A DNA stretch of 64,000 nt, from positions 37,820,001-37,884,000 of the forward strand of contig JANJGN010000026.1 in the NCBI GenBank assembly GCA_026770705.1, read 5' to 3'. This stretch comes from Isurus oxyrinchus. Lineage: Eukaryota. The position numbers and the translations under genes are program-made. Of the stretch, positions 25,255-37,213 are shown piece by piece (the stretch's first letter is position 1; each line of letters begins with the position of its first letter). The notes beneath the pieces were generated by a model. It saw only the letters and a program-made list of their open reading frames with translations, ran no database searches and was not told the DNA's origin.

Positions 25255-25293
25255 CACAGTGATACAGAGCAGGCAGAGAGCTGTACAAAAACC
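25255..25293 (+). promoter_or_regulatory. Proximal consensus 23-RSS of the supporting V-delta
   Basis: CACAGTG-23-ACAAAAACC. Confidence 0.97.
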
Positions 25294-25316
25294 TGAACTT
25301 GGTGGGATTACAGACA

Positions 25317-25355
25317 CACAGTGATACAGAGCACGGAGAGAGCTGTACAAAAACC
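25317..25355 (+). promoter_or_regulatory. Second (distal) consensus 23-RSS, tandem duplicate
   Basis: CACAGTG-23-ACAAAAACC; spacer nearly identical to the first; 62-bp period. Confidence 0.95.
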
Positions 25356-25379
25356 TGAACGTGGTGGTTGTACACGAAC

Positions 25380-27775
25380 AGGCGAGAGACCTCATCCTGA
25401 GTGAAACACATCCGGAGTGAGTGTGGGATTGGCAATTTGGTGCACAGTGGGAATTGAACAGGTAAGTCTTTCTCTTTAATTTTTCTTTATTTTTTGTAAT
25501 GACAGTAGTCTAGTTAAACGGTTGGTAAGAGAGCTGATTCAACTGACTGTGTGACAGTTAACTGTCAATCGCCTGATTAGGGACTTATTAGGTGTTGATT
25601 ACTATTTAAAGCTTAACTAGTGTGAGTCATCTCAGCTCACCTCAGCTCCAATTAAGAAAGAGACTATTTAGAAGCACATTACAGTGTGCTTACACACGAG
25701 GAGGGGAGCCACTTCATCCCGAGGGAGACACAGCCAGAGTGAGTGTGAGTATTGGCAACTTGGTGTACAGTGGGAATTTGGCGCAGAGGTGAAGAGGTGT
25801 TCTTTGCAGTTTATCTTTGCTATCCAACTTCTTAAACCTGCAGAGTGTGGCCCTACCCTGCTGCAGCAGTGAAGGCTACAAGGGAAAGGAATGACTGGTA
25901 AGTAATGGATAAGGTCGGGTAAGTATCGCTTATGGTTTAACGTCTTTATGTGGTTTGTAGTTTGTATATTATGTAGTATCGAGGATCAGGAAAGAAGGGC
26001 CCGAGAGTAATTGGTTCAAAAGTTTTAATTTAAAGGGATATAACATGGCAGGAGTGCTGAAAGCCGTTACGTGCTCCTCGTTCTCCATGTGGGAAGCCGG
26101 GAACATTTCCAGTGCACGGGACCAGCATGTGTGCAGGAATTGTGTCCAGCTGCAGCTCCTGGAATCTCGGGTTTCAGACCTGGAACGGCAGCTGAGGACA
26201 CTGTGGAGCATCCATGAGTCTGAAAACATTGTGGAAAGCACGTTCACAGTGGTGGTCACACCACTGCTGAAGGGACTAGGAAGGAAGGGAATGGGTTACC
26301 AACAGGCAGTCCAGGCGAAACAGGCAGGTAATTCAGGAGTCCCCTGGGGTCCCACTCGCAAATCAGCATTCCATTTTGGAGGCTGATAAGGACACTGGTT
26401 CCTCAAGGGAATGCAGGCAGAGACAAGCTTTTGGAACCACAAGCAGCCTGTCTGTACAGGAGGGGAGGAAGGGAGGAAGAGCAATAGTAATAGGGGATGC
26501 TGTAGTCAGGGGAACAGATAGGCGCGACTGTAGCCGTCAACATGACTCCAAGATGATGTGTTACCTCCCTAGTGCCAGAGTCCGGGATGTCACTGAACGG
26601 CTGCAGGGCATCCTGAAAGAGGAGGGGGATAAGGCAGTGGCCATGGTGCATGGTGGCACCACTGAAATCGGTAGAAAGAGCGATGATATCTTGCATCAAG
26701 AATTCAGGGAGTTAGACAGTGGACTAAAAAACATGACCTCTCGGGTTGTAATATCTGGATTACACCCAGTGCCACGTGCTGGCGAGCTCAGAAATAGGAG
26801 AATAGTGTGAATGAATACGTGCTGTAAGAGTTGGTGCAGGAGGAAGGGTTTTAGATTCCTGGATCACTGGGAACGTTTCTGGGGAAGGTGGGGCCTGTGC
26901 AAGATGGACGGTCTACATCTGAACCAGAGTGGAAATAACATCCTTGTGGGCGGGTTTTCTAGCGCTGTTGGGAGGTGTTTAAACTAATTCGACATGGGGA
27001 GGGAACACACAGTGTTAGAAGAATAGGGATGCATCATAATACAGTAATTCAATCAAGTCAGAGGCAGAACAGCTGCATTAAGCTTCAAGGGAGTCAGGCA
27101 AGGCTGGATGGCCTCTACGTTAATGCCAGGAGCATTACAGGTAAAACGGGTGAATTAAAGGTGAGGATTGACAGGTGGAATTATGATATAGTAGCCATGG
27201 CTGAGACGTGGTTGAGGGAGAGGCAGGATTGGCCGCTCAACATTCTGGGATATAGAATCTTCAGGCAAGACATGGGAGGGGGTAAAAGAGGAGGAGGCAT
27301 TGCATTATTAGTTAAAGTCTCAGTTACTGCAGTGAGGGGAGATGCTATCTTGGAGGAGGCATCGAATGAAGCTTTGTGGGTAGAGCTTAGGAATAAAGAA
27401 GGGGAAGTCACATTGTTAGGTGTTCATTATAGACCACCAAATAGTCAGCAGGACATTGAGGAGCACATATGCGTGGAAGTTGCCAAGGTGTGTAAATAAA
27501 ATAACAATAGGGTAATTGTACTAGGTGATTTCAACTTTCCCAACATTAATTGGGATAGACATAGTGTTAAGGGCTTGGATGGAGTGGATTTCTTGAAATG
27601 TGTACAGAGAGCTTTTTAGGTCAATATGTGAAGTGTCCAAAAGGGGACGGCGCAGTGCTGGACCTAATTCTGGGGAATGAAGCCAGACAGGTGGCTGAGG
27701 TGGTGGTGGGGGAGCATTTTAGTGATAGCGACCACAACATGGTACAATTTAAAGCTCGTTATGGACAAAGAAATA
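25380..27775 (+). mobile_element. CR1 LINE 5' half: UTR, ORF1 (zinc finger/leucine zipper plus SGNH esterase-like) and ORF2 endonuclease
   Basis: VTCSSFSMWE...HVCRNCVQLQLLESRVSDLE; AIVIGDAVVRG...MVHGGTTEIG; LYVNARSI...DIVAMAETWL...HYRPPN...GDFNFP...SDH. Frameshifted and 3'-truncated. Confidence 0.88.
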
Positions 27776-28035
27776 GAAATTGTGTCGGGTTGGTTGGGCG
27801 CTTACGAGAATGACTTTCATAAAGAGATGTGCCTCACCTCACTTCCCTCCACCCGGAGCGCAAGAAGCTGCTGGTCTTCAGACAACTGATCGGTTCAGAT
27901 GTGAACCACGGGGGAAATGAACAGCGGACCAACAACCCGCCTTCTTATATCCGGCGAATAATATCAATTTGCAGCCAATTAGGAGCGGGAAAATAAGCAC
28001 GTGGCGGAGATATTGAATATCCATCACTGACTTTA

Positions 28036-28595
28036 ATCAACCAACATTTTAATCTCTTCACACGATTCATTTTCTTCTGTTGTAAGCTGTGTCCTGTTTT
28101 CGTACTGACATTCTCATAGCAAACATGTGTTGCGCAGTTAAAGCTATTATCCGTCATCCTGGCGATGCGAACAGGTCGACTCAGGACAGTGACCCAATGA
28201 CCCAGATTGAGTTTTTCATTATTATTCTCGTTATTCCAGTGTTTCATGCCCTGAATATTTTTCCAGGTCGATGTTTCTCGGACCGTGTGCTTCAATCTCC
28301 CGCTTCGGTAATAGTCCAGAGCGGGGATTCGGGGCAGATTGTCTGCAGCTAAGAGGTGTCCGACCTCTACGCGATGCATTGGCACAGACAGAAATCTGGT
28401 CGGGACTGGAGTAGATTATAATGTAAGATATCGACTAGCAAAGAGAGAAGCGGGCGATTTGAACTGAATCTTTCTGAGTCGGAGAAACGCGGCCAATTGC
28501 TTATTGTAGACACGGGGAACGCCGATGCCGCGGTTTATTACAGTGCGGCTGAGACCCACACTGAGACAAAACGCGGCAGTCACTGTACAAAAACC
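28036..28595 (+). pseudogene. TCR V alpha/delta pseudogene with intact 23-RSS
   Basis: 46-nt leader 28036-28081 starting ATC (lost ATG) with GTAAGC donor. Exon from 28267: DRVLQSPASVIVQSGDSGQIVCS*EVSDLYAMHWHRQKSG, frameshift, then GRFELNLSESEKRGQLLIVDTGNADAAVYYSAAET (second Cys changed to Ser). RSS: CACACTG (28557)-23-ACAAAAACC. Confidence 0.9.
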
Positions 28596-29084
28596 TTGCT
28601 CCTGGTTACAGTTCCGGGAGAGCTACAGCAATCTCTCTGATAGCACAAGGCGGGCCAGGCGGCTCGGGGCAAGAACAGCTAACGGGAGAGACGGGCAGGG
28701 TTGCCGCGGGTTGTCTAGTAAATACTAATCCAGAGGATCTTTCATCAGAGATACTGACGGTCACGGCAGAGAGTGTCGGACTGAGGGGGCAATTGGTCAG
28801 TGAGGTCTTTGCTACGTGCGGAGCTTCATTGTCTGATTGTGTCCCAGGGAACCGAGAGAGATCCTGAGTGTTTATTTTATACCGTTGTGTGAAGATTCTT
28901 AAGGAACATTAGTATAATTATAAAGCAAAATCCGCCCTTAAACTGAGTGTCCGCAATGTGGGCATATTTACTCTCGGCCCAAGTTGTGACCAAATAGTTG
29001 TCTAAAAGAATGCGCCTGCGATTGTCCTGCGGGTGATGTTACTCCCTCCTCTCCTGTGTCCAGCAGCAGAAAGTTAACCAAATT

Positions 29085-29282
29085 CGAATAACAAACTGCA
29101 AATGCTGGAAATACAACCGGAAACAGAGTGAAGGTTCCAGTCTGTGACCTTTCACCAGAAATCAGCAAATCCTCAGACTGAGTTCAGGTGAAATGTCGCG
29201 GACATGAAACTTTCACTGTGATTCGCTCTGCACCGATGCTTCCCGGCCTGCCGAGTATGTCCAGAATTTTCTGTTTTTATGC
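29085..29282. mobile_element. Degenerate Penelope-type hairpin repeat
   Basis: Inverted halves similar to the 43595-43837 family. Confidence 0.55.
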
Positions 29283-29429
29283 CGTAAACTGGTACTGCCC
29301 TCGAAAGGCGACTCGTTGTAAAGGTTTTTAAAGCCAGTTGAGAAGAAGCGGGCTATTTTCTTGTTTGGAAAAAGATACTTAATTCATAAAATTACAAAAC
29401 ATTCCAAAATGGCCATCAGAAAAAGTGCA

Positions 29430-29800
29430 ATCATATTCCAGTTTTCCATAGAGATCATGAGGTGCTTCCATCCAGTCAATAAACAGTGCATACATTTGAA
29501 CATGGTTATTAGAGAGAGTCAGACAGTGCAATGGTATTTACTGTGCTCATGTCTGATCTGGCTGTAACCTGCTTCCTACCCTCGGCTTTCACTCCCTTGT
29601 TTATCAAAAATTGATCTACCTCTGCCTTGAAAACATTCAAAGACCCTGCTTCCCCTGCCCTTTGAGGAAGGGAGTTCCAAAGACCCACGACTTTCTGAGA
29701 GAAAAAATATTCTTCTCATCTCTATTTTAAATGGGAGACTCGTTATTTTTAAACAGTGACCCCTGGTTCTAGATTCTGCCGCAAGAGGAAAGATCCTTTC
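29430..29800 (-). mobile_element. CR1 3' fragment
   Basis: Near-match to 1440-1740 (ttatttttaaacagtgacccc...ttctagattct). Confidence 0.75.
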
Positions 29801-29929
29801 TATGTGAGATTTATTTTTTGTGCAGATGGTTAATCTATATGTTATAGTATTATGGAATAATAAAAAACTTCAATTAAATTACTCGGATGATAACCTGCTT
29901 TTTTTTTGCAAAATTGCTCCCATGAAACT

Positions 29930-30140
29930 ATTGTCAATTGTTGTAAAAACCCATCTGGTTCAATACTGCCCTTTCCTTCCTTTCGGGATGGAACTCTGCT
30001 GTTCTCACCTGGACTGGCCTACACGTGACTCCAGATTCATAGCAACGTGGTTACCTCTTAAATGCCTTCTGAACAAGGGCAATTAGGGATGGGTAATAAA
30101 TGCTGGCCTATCCAGCGATGCGTACATCCCAAAAATGAAC
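29930..30140 (+). mobile_element. SINE 3' half with L2-like tail
   Basis: ...gggcaattagggatgggtaataaatgctggcctatccagcgatgcgtacatccc; same family as 63140-63510. Confidence 0.7.
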
Positions 30141-30149
30141 AAAAAGAAC

Positions 30150-31360
30150 ATAATATACAGATCAGCATCTAGTGTAACATTAGCAGAGATGGGACCATGT
30201 GTAGTATGAACAGAGATAGATTCTAGTATAGTAGTAACTAGGCAGGGTATCAAGTATTATAAAGACTGGCTTGATTCAGTCAAATAATAACGAACACAGG
30301 GCCAAGAGTAACATACGAAGAGTCAAGTTCTCGCATAACATAAACCGGAACAGCGTCTTCTTTAACATAAAACAAGAGATGGCCGACTGCACGAGTAACT
30401 GAATCAGCCACTAGTGTAATATGGCGAAAGCATAATTTAATGTCTTAATATCTAAGACCTGGCCTATTGTAATGTCAACAGGTATATGTTCAACTGCAGT
30501 AATAATTGACGCCGGTTCTCCACTCATGCACACAGCGACATGGTCGAGCGCAGTAATAACTTAGAGAGCCCCTGTCTGAATTTACAAAGACACATGTTCT
30601 AGAGCAGAAAGAAATGAGACAGACGTTAGTGCAAAGAGGCCAGAGACGGGGTCCAGTGAAATATGCACCGATATGTCATTTAGTGCAGTAATAACCAAAC
30701 AAGGACCTAGTGCAATACAAAACTGAGACACGGTCTGTAGAAATAAAACAATGTCATATTGTCAAGTAATATAAACAGAAACGTGATCTAGCGTGAAATG
30801 AGGTGAGACAAAAGCCTTGGGTAAAATGGACAGAGAGAGCATCCAGTGTAATAATAAGTGAGACAAAGCTTGGAATAATCTGCAAAGAGACATTCCTTTA
30901 GTTTACAACTAACAAAGGCAGGATGTAAATTAAACAGAGCTATAACCTGGTGCAGTAGCAAATGAGGCCAGGCCGAGCGTGATATAAGTAGAAGCCAAGT
31001 CTCGTGCTTTAATACCAGAGGACTCTGTGCAATATTAACAGAAGCATGACCTGTCCTTAAATTATCGGAGCCTTTAATAATAAATAAAGACAAAAAATAG
31101 TGGAAAAATTCTGCAGGTCTCGAAACTCTACGGACTCGAAACATTAAATCTGTTTCTCTCTCCACAGATGCTGACAGACCTGCAGAGTTATTCCAACGTT
31201 TTCTGCCTTTAATTCAGATTTCTAGCATTAGCGGTGTTGTGCTTTTGATTGGAGTCATTGTCTGGTGCAGCAAAAACTGAGAAAGGACCTCCTTTAAAAA
31301 CGAGCAGCATGGTTTAGTGCTTTTTTAAATAGAAAAGTCCTACTGTAATAGAAACGGAGG
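30150..31360 (-). repeat. 27-bp satellite array with a Penelope-type insert at about 31080-31250
   Basis: Units such as ctagtgcaatacaaaactgagacacgg. Confidence 0.7.
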
Positions 31361-31679
31361 TATTGCTGATAAAAGCGACATGCTGTCGCAGCTTTTCACC
31401 TAGCCCTCATCAGGACAGATACGCAACAGGAATCTGTCCTGCTAAATGCGAGACCAAAAGCTTCGACATCATTTCCCTTTTTCAGCAATGTTCAAGGCCT
31501 ATTTAGTTTTCCAAGTTACCTTCCGAACGCGCTGCAGTTAAAACGTGCTTTGCTAACTCTATTCTTGCATTCTTCTCTTGTTGTTTGTACAACTGGACAG
31601 GTTTCTCAAGTTCTGCACTAAGAAACAAAGGTATGGTCCACTGGCACCGGCTGGACGCAGATTACAACGAAACTGGTTA

Positions 31680-32460
31680 ATTTACGTTACAAGTTAGCTA
31701 GAAAAATAAGTAATGAGGAGGACGCTAACATTTTGAGAAGGAACACCAACAGATTACGTGAGTGGAAAAACCATAGAAGATTGACCAATTGTGAAATTAT
31801 ACACATTAGGAGGGAACATTTGAAAAAAAGAACAGGACATTGAGAATTGTGAGAGACTGGGAAATGTTGGCAATCAGTGGGAGCTGTGTGCTCTGTAGGT
31901 CACAGGAAGTTAACATGCTTCCATAGCAATACATTCGGGAACCATAAGGTGCGTTAGCTTTTGTTAACATTGGATGATAGTTCAAATGTTAAGCAGTCTT
32001 TCTGCAATTATATTGGGCCTTGGTGAGATTACCTAGAGTACATTGTACAGATTTAGTCTCCTTAGCTAAGGAAGAATATGCTAGTCTTGGAGGGAGTGCG
32101 ACAAAGGTTGACTGGATTGATTCGTGACAATGAATCCGACTGTGCGCATATTCGATGGAAATTCTTAACGGTATTGATAGAATAGATACTGGGAGGAATT
32201 TACCCTGGCTGGGGAATCTAGAATTGAGGTTCACATTCCCAGAATAATGGGGCGAACATTTAGGACTGAGGTTTCTGCACTCCAGTGACTGTTCAGTGTT
32301 TACATATATAAAAGGTAAAGATCGATACACTTTCGATCGATACACAAAGGATACAGGGAAAGTACAGGCTTGTGGAATTGATATAGAAGATCAGCCATGT
32401 ATTTATTGCTCAGTGGTGAAGACTTGAAGGATGGATAACCTCTTTCTTAAGTTTTTATGT
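31680..32460 (+). mobile_element. Old CR1 3' fragment
   Basis: Degenerate LQLYWALVR / gggagtgcgacaaagg / gaagatcagccatg landmarks. Confidence 0.65.
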
Positions 32461-32779
32461 AGAACTGCCTCATTATTTCTCCATCAAATAGAGGGCGTAG
32501 TTTGGTACAGTAATTAATGTTACAATGTCTCGTAAAACATAAAAACATTATATGATGCGGTGCAACGGAAACAAACGGTGACATACTCCAGTGCAGTAAT
32601 AACAGAAACAGATCCTCGTGGATGATGAACAGAAACAGCGTTTAGCTGCCATTAGGTGTTTACAGTTTTCCATAGCACCAGTACAGATCTGCCTTGTCAT
32701 TTCTACACGTGCGCTTGTTGTCAGCACTGATCCAAAGTTTGCCGCCTAACCATTGTGAAAATGGTGATGAAAGTTATTG

Positions 32780-33170
32780 TTTGTCACGATATGAGATCAG
32801 CAAACACTGACCTACCACCCCCTCACACTCTGTGGGAGGTCAAAATGGATTTCGAATACAACTAATTGCAGATAAACGTTTCTGATTTGAGCACAGAAGT
32901 TTCAGCGGTGGACCAAATGGTCTCGCATCAGAATAGTGTATCTTTGATTATTTTGGTTGAACGAAGGAATGTCGACCAGGATATAGAACAGGCCCCACCT
33001 CAACAGCCAAGGGGTGAAATGGGATTATTGGTTCATGATGTCCCGAAAAAATAATGACCTTTCAGTATCCCGATTACAAGTCTGGTAATTATATTCAGAT
33101 TCTGAAGTTGAGTTGCGATCCACAATCTACTGATTTTGAAATCAGAGTCAAATCATTTTAGCTACTAACT
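32780..33170 (-). mobile_element. Degenerate SacSINE1-like SINE
   Basis: Collinear similarity to 13810-14178. Confidence 0.45.
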
Positions 33171-33289
33171 GCTGAAACGGTTCATGTAATATGTAATACC
33201 TACAATTTTACCATGACATTCGGCAATGCAGTTGCTTTTAATAAGAAAAATAACAACGCCATGGTCAATGATTAATGCAATTTCAATGC

Positions 33290-33960
33290 CTAAAATCATG
33301 GAAGCTTACAGCAAAGATAGAGACTGTTCATTCCATCAGAACTGTGCCCGCTCTCCATGAAATGCTCTCCAATTAGCTCCGATCTCCTACCCTTTCTGTA
33401 AAGCCCTGCGCATTCTTTTCAATTTCAAGTATATATAAGCTTCCCTTATAAAAGTTACAAATAGAAATGCTTCTATCTCCTTTTCCAAAAGTGCAATCTA
33501 GCTCATACCAATAGCTCCATGAAAAGATCTAATATCACTTTACATTCGCTTACGAATTGTCGACAACTCTGGTTCTTCTGCCTATAGATTCTCCTGCCAG
33601 TAGAATTAATACCTCACCAAAAACTGATAGATAGGTTCTTGATTGGTAAGGGGATCAACGGTTACGGGGAGAAGGTGGAGAATAGGGTTGAGAAACTTAT
33701 CAGCCATGATTGAATGGCAGAGCAGACTCGATGGGCCGAATGGCCTAATTTCTGTTCCTCTGTCTTATGGTCTGATGGTCTAACTCTGTCAAAAGCCTTC
33801 GTAAATTTAAACACCTCTGTTATATCACCCTTTGACATTCTCTGCTCCAAGAAGGCCAATCCCAGTTTTTCTAATATCTTCATATAATTGAGGCTCCTCA
33901 TCCCTGGTACAATTCCGGTAAATTTCTTCTCAACCTGTTACAAGATTGTGAAAATCTTTG
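33290..33960 (-). mobile_element. CR1 3' fragment with a nested younger plus-strand CR1 tail (about 33625-33778)
   Basis: LEKLGLAFLEQRMSKGDITEVFK; insert gatagataggttcttg...cctctgtcttatggtc. Confidence 0.75.
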
Positions 33961-34599
33961 GAAAGTGTCGATTCAAGTCAATTCAAAATGTATATCTCCT
34001 TCAGATAATTTTTGACTAAACATACTCAGTTCATATTAAGATGAGCAGTAGCATATATGATATTACGTTCTACTGTATGTTGAACAAATTGGTTCTCTCT
34101 AATTCAAATGTCAGTAAGATCACTGTGGCCACTGATGAACATATTCTGCTACAGGCCGCGGAATTTCTCGAAAATGACTCAGAATTCTCTCCGCAACCTT
34201 GTCCACTTACCGAGTGATTTTCACTCAGAGGAGTGGCTCAGAGCAAACCACAAGCGGTAAGACGTCAAGCGGAATTAAGTGCGGTAGAGCCAATATTAAA
34301 GTTAAAAATTCTGGGAAGCTTTCAATGGGAAATTGTTAACTTATTTAACAAGAAACTGGCAATGAAGAAAGATACCAATATGCTTCTGCTGGTGGAGTGG
34401 TGTGCACAGCTATATTGAAGTTACTTGTGGCGGCGATTCACTTGCTGATGCCGTATTAAAAGTTGCTGTAATGAACGCTAAGCGATTCGAAACGGATCAC
34501 ATTTGACAGATATTTTCAATACACGATTGCAATGTGGCGACTTTCTTCGCCAAGAGACCGAATTTCCCCTTTTACACATATTTCCAGAGACAGACACTC

Positions 34600-35960
34600 G
34601 TGCGATCGAATCAGGAGAATGGTCTGGTGTATGGACACAGGGTCTGGCGTATTATAAATCGCGACACAGCATCTGATGTAATGTAAATAATGACATGTTT
34701 TTATGCAGTAAATCTGGCACAGGGCCTCATGTAGTATAAAATATTCTAACGAAAATAAAGATACTCTTATATAATCAACTATCGAAGTCTTAATCGCTGC
34801 GTCTCTGGTGCAATGGACAGCGCGTTGGACGTCTTGTCTTTAATGACTAAGATATTCAAAAGTCATGGGTTCGAATCCCACCAGAATCGAATTTTACGGC
34901 AAAATTAAAGACAAACTCGTCAATGATCTAAACCGAGAAATATCCTGCAGCAGGAATAACTCAGGCAAGATTTGGTGCCGCCGAAAGCGAAACGAGCTCA
35001 ATGCTGGAATAATTTAGGCCAGCTCTTCTGTGATATAAACAAATAATTCACAGTAATAACGGAAGCCGTGCTTCATATTATATTAACAGAGAAAGAGGCC
35101 CGTGTTGTATACAAAGAGTAATGCAGAAATTACTGCGACAGGGAAATACGTATTATAAGCAGAGCTGGCCTAGTGCATTAATAAGTGGAGAATGAGAATC
35201 CTAAACATACAATCGACGGATGAAAGTGATGCTGCTTCACCTGTCTATAAATCTCGCCAGTCAAATGAAGCCAAATTAAAATCACCAATGGATCAGTCTA
35301 CCTGGAACCACTATCTTCCCCCTGAACCACCTCAAATGTCAGGATTTGGCTTCCCTGGTGCGAAGTTTCATGGCCCACCACCTTTCCTACCTGGTTGGTT
35401 ACCAACAGTTCCAGCCGGACTACCGTTAATTCTTCCTCCACCTACAATGGGTCCAGATTCAACTGATGAGGATGATGAATCTTTAGGAAGCATGCTAATA
35501 GCATGGTACATGAGTGGCTATCACACTGGTTATTATTTGGGTCTCAAGCAAGGGCGAATGGACGGGGGCATGGGGAAGAGTCCCCGTTCTTAGTTTGCCA
35601 GAATGTTGAATGTTTCCCTCCCAAGGAGAGGAGGGCAATGTTTTAGCAATGGATTATGTTTAAAATGTTACCGGTATCTGTATGAATAAGCCATTAGTAC
35701 ATTTTTGGGGATCCTTGGGATTGAATATCTGCTTTGTATTAAATAGTGAATAAAAAATTCTTCTGTTTCAAAAAAAAAAGTGAGACAGAATCTCGTGAAA
35801 TAGAAACAGAAAAATGGAGTAGTGCAGTGGTAACAAATGGAGGGTCCAGGCCAGTATAAACTCAATTCCTTTATTAATCTAATAACTAATCGGGAGCAGT
35901 AAATATAACTCAATATATTCTTTGGCCTAATTCTGCCAGAACATGGTCCGAGATAAGGTT
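34600..35960 (-). repeat. 27-bp satellite array hosting the SMN retrocopy and a SINE head
   Basis: Satellite units flank both sides of the retrocopy (ctagtgcattaataagtg ... aagtgagacag). Confidence 0.6.
35188..35779 (+). pseudogene. SMN1: 5'-truncated processed pseudogene (retrocopy) of survival motor neuron
   Basis: Intronless Pro-rich region plus YG box [21 protein letters not shown] (ORF 35192-35593). 3' UTR with AATAAA at 35749-35754, A10 at 35770-35779, and a flanking AAGTG duplication. Confidence 0.93.
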
Positions 35961-36039
35961 TCCTTTTTCCTGACATATCGAATCACCCCATTTATCAACA
36001 ATCTAGTAAAATACAATTATCTGAGGTGAGATTGATTAT

Positions 36040-36545
36040 CTCCATTAGGGGCAGCACGGCCACGTCCACTTGACATTCAATGGCATGACCTACCGTGAAT
36101 TCTCCACCATTAACATCCTGAACTGAGCCTTCCACAACAACACGCCACAGCGCCATGTTCTGCGTCGAATGGCCCACCTGCAGGCTCCCAATCGTGGCTG
36201 GAGTATGTGGAGCCTGGAGGATGGGCTGCAGGAACACACCAAGCCTTCTTTGGAAGTATCTCCCAAAGTAATGATCTCAATCACTCAGAAGGGCAGCGGA
36301 TGTCTGGGGAGGCATCCGCTATCCCCTCCAAACCATATTCCATTCTAACTTGTAGATATGTTGCTGGTCCTTCATTGTCCCTGGGGTCTAATTTGTAACG
36401 CCTGTGCTAAAGACACTATGGGTACACCTTTAGCTGTTGTGAATCGTGAAGGCTGCTCACCACCACCTTCTCAGTGGCAACGAGAAATTTGCACTAAATG
36501 CCAGCCTTATTCACAATTCCCACATCTGAGAATGAATATGTAGTA
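36040..36545 (+). mobile_element. L2/CR1-group LINE 3' end
   Basis: Reverse-complement similarity to 60790-61550 (ccttgacattcaatggca; ggctgctcaccaccaccttctca). Confidence 0.7.
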
Positions 36546-37213
36546 ATGCGAGAAACAGCGGGCACAGAATGACAAACACCAAGTGCTTTCTTACTTGATT
36601 TCTGTCATTCGTTCTTTCCTTCACTTATACTCCATATTTGTACTCTTCCCTTTCGTTTTTCTTCTTTCTCTATATCAGTCTTTCTCTTCTATCTCCCATT
36701 TTCTCTTGTGCACTCTCATACGTTAATTCTCTTTCTGATTTTGCAATATGAATGGTTTTCAACAGTTGTCTTGCATGACACGAGTATTATTGTTTGAGCA
36801 AGAGGGATGAGGCAGTGATGATGGGGTAAATTATCAAACACAAACCCCGCCCAGCGTAGTGGCCGTCATGGGAAGAGTGCTGTTTTGGTTAGAGATAGGA
36901 CCCAAGTCAGTATGTTCCATCAGCAGCTCCACTTGATGTAGACACAAAGATTGGTTTGTGGAGAGAGGGCATCGCAGAATTTGCAGCCAGCTCTTCGCCC
37001 AAGTGTCTAATGGCATCATCCACCTTGCCAATGTTACGAATGGGGGGCATAAAACTGGGTTAATCTGTTTGTTTACTGAACTGTAGCTAAGGCGCATATT
37101 GTAACTTAATTGCCTCTCTGGAGACTCTCATTCGGAATAAATGAGGGACGCTTTGAATGCCTCACAGAACTGAAGTATACAGTGTCGGGAATCCATTTCG
37201 TTTCTGAGACACG

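Noticed and set aside
25442-25467. CACAGTG followed by a GTAAGT donor after the RSS pair
   Set aside because: No nonamer, and the sequence recurs at about 25741-25780 as part of the CR1 5' region.
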